A stretch of DNA of 64,000 nucleotides, taken from positions 28,706,001 through 28,770,000 of the forward strand of contig OZ024745.1 of NCBI GenBank assembly GCA_964016885.1, given 5' to 3'. Source of the DNA: Eledone cirrhosa (lineage: Eukaryota). The translations under genes and the position numbers were made by a program. This document shows, piece after piece, positions 58,386 to 64,000 of this stretch; within the stretch, counting starts at the first letter, position 1; every line of letters begins with the position of its first letter. Below the pieces are notes generated by a model. It was not told the origin of the DNA. It worked only from the letters and a program-made list of their open reading frames with translations, and searched no databases.

Positions 58386-59360
58386 TACAACTCACACCAA
58401 CTACCATTACCTACTCCTCTCCCTCCTACTGTTAGTTTTTTTTTCATCCACAACTTCCTCCTCCCACCACTCCTGCTCCTCCTCCTACTCTTGTTCATCG
58501 ACATCTTCCTCCTCATTCCTCTCTCCTTTCACCTTCCACTTCTGTTCTGTTTCATGCATATATTCCTCCTCCTCCACCTCTTCCACCCCCTCCTCTTCTA
58601 CCACCTCCTCTTCCTCCTTCTCTCCTTCCTTCACCTCCTCCACCTCTCCTTCTTCCTCCACCTCCCCTCCGACTGTCACCACCCACCACTCCTTATTAAT
58701 CCTATTTATTCAGTCCTTTGATGTTTGCCGTCGTAACACAAACGTGGTCGCCATTGTGAATTTCTGTCAAAACATCTCACAAACAAATATTGTCAGTTTT
58801 CTGGTTGGATAGGGTGGTGGTGGTGGTGGTGGTGGATGGTGGTGGAGGTGGTGGTGGAGGTGGTGGAGGAGGTGATGGTGTTGGTGGTGGTGTTGGTGTT
58901 GCTGGTGGTGGTGATGATGATGATGGTAGTGGTAATGATGTTGTTGGTGGTGTTTGTGTTGTTGTTGGTGGTGGTGGTGGTGATGGTGTTTGTGTTGTTG
59001 ATTGTAGTAATGGTTTGGTTTGGTGATAATGATCCTGTTGGTAGTAACGATATTGTTGTTAGTGGTGGTGGTGATGTGGTGGTGGTGGTAGTGATGGTGG
59101 TGGTGTAGGTAGTGGTGGTGGTGGTGTAGGTAGTGGTGGTGGTGTAGGTAGGTAGTGGTGGTGGTGGTGGTGAAGGTAGTAGAGGTGGTGGTGGTGGTAG
59201 TGGTGGTGGTGGTGTAGGTGGTGGTGGTGTAGGTAGTGGTGGTGGTGATGGTGGTGGTGTAGGTAGTGGTGGTAGTGGTGGTGATGGTGGTGGTTTAGGT
59301 AGGTAGTGGTGGTGTAGGTAGTGGTGGTGGTGGTGTAGGTAGTGGTGGTGATGGTAGTGG

Positions 59361-59391
<31 letters not shown>

Positions 59392-59957
59392 GGTGGTGCT
59401 GGTGGTGATGGTATGGTGTAGGTAGTGGTGGTGGTGGTGGTGTAGGTAGTGGTGGTACTGGTGGTGACGTGGAGGTTTCTGGAATGATGTTTGAAGTAGT
59501 GGTAGTTGTTCTAATGGCGGTGGTAGGAAGTAGTGAAGATCAAACTGGTAGTAACAAATATGTTTCAGATATGTCAAACAAAAATGGCGCTGCTGCGATT
59601 TATGAAAAAAGAGAAATAATAAAAAAAATAACCACATAAACCCAGCCTACATTTGCTATGTGTATTTAGTAATATTATGTCTATTCACAATTCCGTAATT
59701 GGTGACGTCACTTCCGGGTTAACGAGTAGGATATGAATATGGTTATGGGGGTTGTATTATAAGGGTCTGATGGTATTGTCAGTGACGTAAGCGGGATGCA
59801 ACGTTTTATATATTTATTGTTTTGTAGTTTTTGTAGAGAATTTGTTTTGAGGTGAGATGGGGGAGGTGCAAAGAGATTTTCTTCGGTGATAAACAAAGGA
59901 TAATGAATAGTTAGGAGTAACTGGGAGATTGGCATTACTGCCATCTTTGGTACAAAT

Positions 59958-61825
59958 CAGGGGTTCCAAACTGTTTTTGCATATGGGAGCCCATTTTCAT
60001 ATGGAGACATTTTCCACCGCCCAACAGTATAGTAAATATTTCAGAGCATAAATTCGATATTGTTAGATTTCCCGATAGGCACTTTTCCGAACAATAAAAA
60101 GTAGGTATATACTCGCAACTCCTGATGGAGTCGTCGGGGCGCCGTAGTAACATACGGCATTTCTTGGCCATTTTCAAACCTGGCAGAACTCATCTCCTCT
60201 CTAGGTCTGAACACAACCGAATTCTTCTAAAGAAAGAAAGGGAGAAAGAGAAAGTGGGGAGAGAGAGGGTGATAGAGAGGAAGTGAGAAAGCGATATAAA
60301 GGAAGAATCGACCCCAGTACTTGACTAGTACTGTTTTTTATCGATTTCGAAAGGACGAAATGCAAAGTTGACCCCAGCAGGATTTGCACTCAGAAAGCAG
60401 ATAACCGAAACGATCACCGCAAAACATTCTCTCCGACGTTCTAACGATTTTGCCAATTCACCGCCTAATAAAAAGTATAACCGACATAAAAAGTCAGTTT
60501 ACGAACCAGAACCAACAGTTACCAAATGTGTTAACCTTTACAAAACAATATAAATGAACAATTGTTGCATTACAAGGTTCTTTATTGAAAATAATATAAA
60601 AAGTAGTAGTAAAAAATATTTTGGCACATATCATTTTTATATATCATTATGATGCGACCCCTGTGTCTGGTGCCACGCCACTAGTGCAAACACATTGGGT
60701 TTAAAATGAGTCATATTTAACTACAAGTCATTTCGCTTGGTTATATCAACCTATTTCTATTTTCTGATAACAAGATGTTAACATGGCTGAAGCCAGCTTC
60801 TACCAAGACATTGGGAAAGCAAGCAAAATCAACTTGAAGTGTTTCCATAGATTAGGATAAGATGTCACTATACTTTGATGATATCAGAAGCCATGTTTAC
60901 CGTGAAACTGATACCACATTGTGGCATCATTGTCATTCTGTAAATCTATCAATTCCAATCGATTACTTCGACTTCAAACGGATTGTTATATCTAACTGGA
61001 ACAGGCAATAATGACTTGAAATCACTGAACCATGTCACTATGCAATGATTGCAAATATTCGCAATATGTAATGACATCCTCATCAACCAATTCATCTTTC
61101 AAGCTATTCAATCATTGAAACAGATGGAGTTGACATCTTGAAAGGTTCGTCTTATATAGAGTTAATTTAGAAATGAAAGCAGTGATGAACGATTTACAGT
61201 CGACAAGTGTTTTTTTTTATTACTTTCTTTGCAATAACATATTGAAATCATAACGTAGGGAAATAAATATCACATTTTGAAGCAATTAGAGAAGTGGATA
61301 GTGGAGTGTTTTCAAATAAAATTATTATAGTATCAAACAGTTCGACAAAACGGACAAAACAGTTGCCTTTTGACAACCATCGTACTTCAGTATGGTACAA
61401 AAGCCTCACATTGTCATCATCATTATCAAAGCACAGTTGACGGAAAATTCATTCAGACAAATAATTCGATTTTAGCTTGTTCACAGTTTTAATAACTAAC
61501 TGCAGTACATCACTAAGCCTATTGAGGATATTTTTTGCCACTAAATGCTGCCGATGAGCCACGCACTGAGCTGTTAAAACAGGATGTGAAAGGTCAAGTT
61601 TTAAGAGAAGAGAAACCTCTGTGTATATCTACCATAGCAGGCGCTCCATCTGATGAACAGGCCATAAAAATGTACAATAAATAGCTTCAAAACATCTAAA
61701 ATAGACACCTTTTGAGTCGAGCAACAATTGATCAGTGGACAACATCTCTTCCTAGGGTTGAATATTTCCATTAAAAAAACGAATATCACCAAACATTGAC
61801 TTACCACAATTGTTGATTCGTCAAT
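59958..61825 (-). pseudogene. hAT (Buster/Charlie-like) transposon relic: transposase 3' half and terminal repeat
   Basis: Manual translation DGAPAMV, CVAHRQHLVAK, HTEVRWLSKG, YPNLWK..LLAFP, LVEAGFS..NRNRL. CAGGGGTTCCAAACT terminus at 59958. Confidence 0.85.
60305..60466 (-). mobile_element. diverged Meta-like SINE nested in the hAT relic; another diverged copy at about 62420-62610 (+)
   Basis: Minus strand aggcggtgaattggcaaaatcgttagaacgtcgg..gagtgcaaatcc..cgtcctttcgaaatcgataaa. Confidence 0.75.
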
Positions 61826-62060
61826 TTGTGGTGGTGGTGGTGGTGGTGGTGGTGTATGGGTGAGGCGATAGTGTTGGTGGTGGAGGTGATACAAGATGTC
61901 GTGGAGGAGGAGGCGAAAATAAAGTAAAGTAGCAAGAATAGTAGTAGGAACGATTCTATTTAGTAATGTTATCTATATGTTAGCCAACCAAATAATTTCG
62001 CAAAGACAACAACGCTGATCTACCCCCACTCCCACTCCCACAAAATGCGGCATCTCACCT

Positions 62061-62392
62061 CACTCACACCAAATCCGGCACACCGCCACACTCACACCAA
62101 ATCCGGCACACCGCCACACTCACACCAAATCCGGCACACCGCCACACTCACACCAAATCCGGCACACCGCCACACTCACACCAAATCCGGCACACCGCCA
62201 CACTCACACCAAATCCGGCACACCGCCACACTCACACCAAATCCGGCACACCGCCACACTCACACCAAATCCGGCACCCCGCCACACTCACACCAAATCC
62301 GGCACCCCATACACTCACACCAAATCGGGCACCCCGACACACTCACACCAAATCTGGCACCCCGACACACTCGCACCAAATCTGGCACCCCG
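62061..62392. repeat. 28-bp minisatellite, about 12 units
   Basis: Unit cactcacaccaaatccggcacaccgcca. Confidence 0.95.
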
Positions 62393-62774
62393 AGCTGTGT
62401 ATATGTTTGTGACTGTATATAGGTGTTTAGCAGAGAACACAGTGGGTTAATAGATACGTTAAGGCGTCAGACAACATATATTTCTTTAATGTTCCAACTC
62501 TTTATGGTCAGAGTTCGAATCCCGTTAAGTCAAGTTGGTCTCCATCCTTCCGGGATCGATAAAATAAAGTACAAGTCACGTACTGGTGGGGTCGATTTAA
62601 TCGATATTCACCCTCCTCCACCATCACATCATGCATCAGAGCCACCAACGCAACCACCACCACCGCAACCACATCCAACACCGCAACCTTCATCACCTCC
62701 AGCATCACCACCAACACAGCAACCCTACCACATACATTGAGTGGTGTGGTGTGAGTGCTGTAATTCGGTAGTGC

Positions 62775-64000
62775 TGTAGTGTAGTGTAGTGTAGTGTAGT
62801 GTAGTGTAGTGTAGTGTAGTGTAGTGTAGTGTTGTAGTGTAGTGTGGTGTAGTGTTGTAGTGTAGTGTAGTGTAGTGTAGTGTAGTGTAGTGTAGTGTAG
62901 TGTAGTGTAGTGTAGTGTAGTGTAGTGTAGTGTAGTGTAGTGTAGTGTAGTGTAGTGTTGTAGTGTAGTGTAGTGTAGTGTAATGTAGTGTGGTGTAGTG
63001 TTGTGTAGCGTAGTGAAGTGAAGTGTAGTGTAGTGTGGTGTAGTGTAGTGTGGTGTAGTGTAGTTTTGTGTAGTGTTGGGTAGTATGGTGTAGTATAGAG
63101 TGGTGTAGTGTAGTGTAGTATAGTATTGTGTGGTGTAGTGGTGTGTAGTGTTGGGTAGTATTGTGAAGTGTAGTGTAATGTAGTGTGGTGTGGTATAGAG
63201 TGGTATAGGGAAATGTAGTGTAGGGTAGTGTGGTATAGTGTAGTGTGGTGTAGTGTAGTGTGGTGTAGTGTAGTGTGGTGTAGTGTGGTGTAGTGTAATG
63301 TAATGTTGTGTGGTATAGTGTAGTGTGGTGTAATATAGTGTGATGTAGTGTAGTGTGGTGTAGTGTAGTGTAGTGTGGTGTAGTGTAGTGTTGTGTAGTG
63401 TTGTGTAGTGTTGGATAGTATGGTGTAGTGTAGTGTGGTTTAATGTTGTGTAGGGTAATATAGTGTAGTGTAGTGTGGTGTAGTGTAGTGCATTGTTGTG
63501 TGGTGTAGTGTAGTGTAGTGTAGTGTGGCGTAGCGTGGTGTAGTGTAGTGTAGTGTGGTGTAGTGTAGTGTAGTGATGTGTTGTGTAGTGTTGTGTAGTG
63601 TTGGGTAGTATGGTGTAGTGTAGTGTGGTGTACTGTAGTGTGGTCGGGTGTAGTGTGGTGTAGTGAAATGTTGTGTAGTATAGTGTGGTGTAGTGTGGTG
63701 TGGTGTAGTGTCGTGTGTTGTAGTGTAGTGTGATTTAGTGTAGTGTGGTGTAGTGTAGTGTGGTGTAGTGTGGTGTGGTGTGGTGTAGTGTAGTCTAGTG
63801 TAGTGTAGTGCGGTGTAGTGTAGTGTGGTGTAGTGAAGTGTTGTGTAGTGTGGTGTGGTGTGGTGTAATGTTGTGTAGGGTAGAATAGTGTAGTGTAGTG
63901 TAGTGTAGTGTAGTGTAGTGTAGTGTAGTGTAGTGTAGTGTAGTGTAGTGTAGTGTAGTGTTGTGTGGTGTAGTGTAGCGGGGTGTAGCGTTGTGTAGTG
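62775..64000. repeat. (TAGTG)n pentanucleotide satellite running off the window
   Basis: Seen directly. Confidence 0.97.

Noticed and set aside
56638-58407. 589-aa Gly-rich ORF (GIVGSVSGAAV repeats), structural-protein-like
   Set aside because: Overlapping frames are also open and similar CCA-based arrays are common in this window. It cannot be fully excluded without RNA data.
62775-64000. Telomeric repeat
   Set aside because: The unit is TAGTG, not TTAGGG; it is degenerate internally, and a related array lies at 30595-32215.

Overview
Repeat-saturated, AT-rich eukaryotic DNA with no recognisable host exon and no intact protein-coding gene. The SINE and microsatellite content resembles octopod cephalopod genomes (inference). 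It holds decayed R4/Dong-type and RTE LINEs, an L1/Tx1-like endonuclease fragment, a Penelope-like GIY-YIG fragment, mariner and hAT (Buster/Charlie-like) relics, many tRNA-derived SINEs including a 5-copy tandem array, and abundant micro- and minisatellites. Nearly all long ORFs in the track are repeat artefacts. The most notable signals are: (1) a 312-bp tandem array (39.3-40.5 kb) in which every unit carries a well-formed type I hammerhead ribozyme, i.e. a retrozyme-like locus; (2) several other hammerhead-like motifs and fold-back elements lodged in (TA)n tracts, plus a 615-bp tandem array with a variant hammerhead; (3) R4/Dong copies whose 3' ends join (CATA)n, one of them inserted in the (TATG)n tail of an RTE element. 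All folds and translations were read by eye, and boundaries are approximate.
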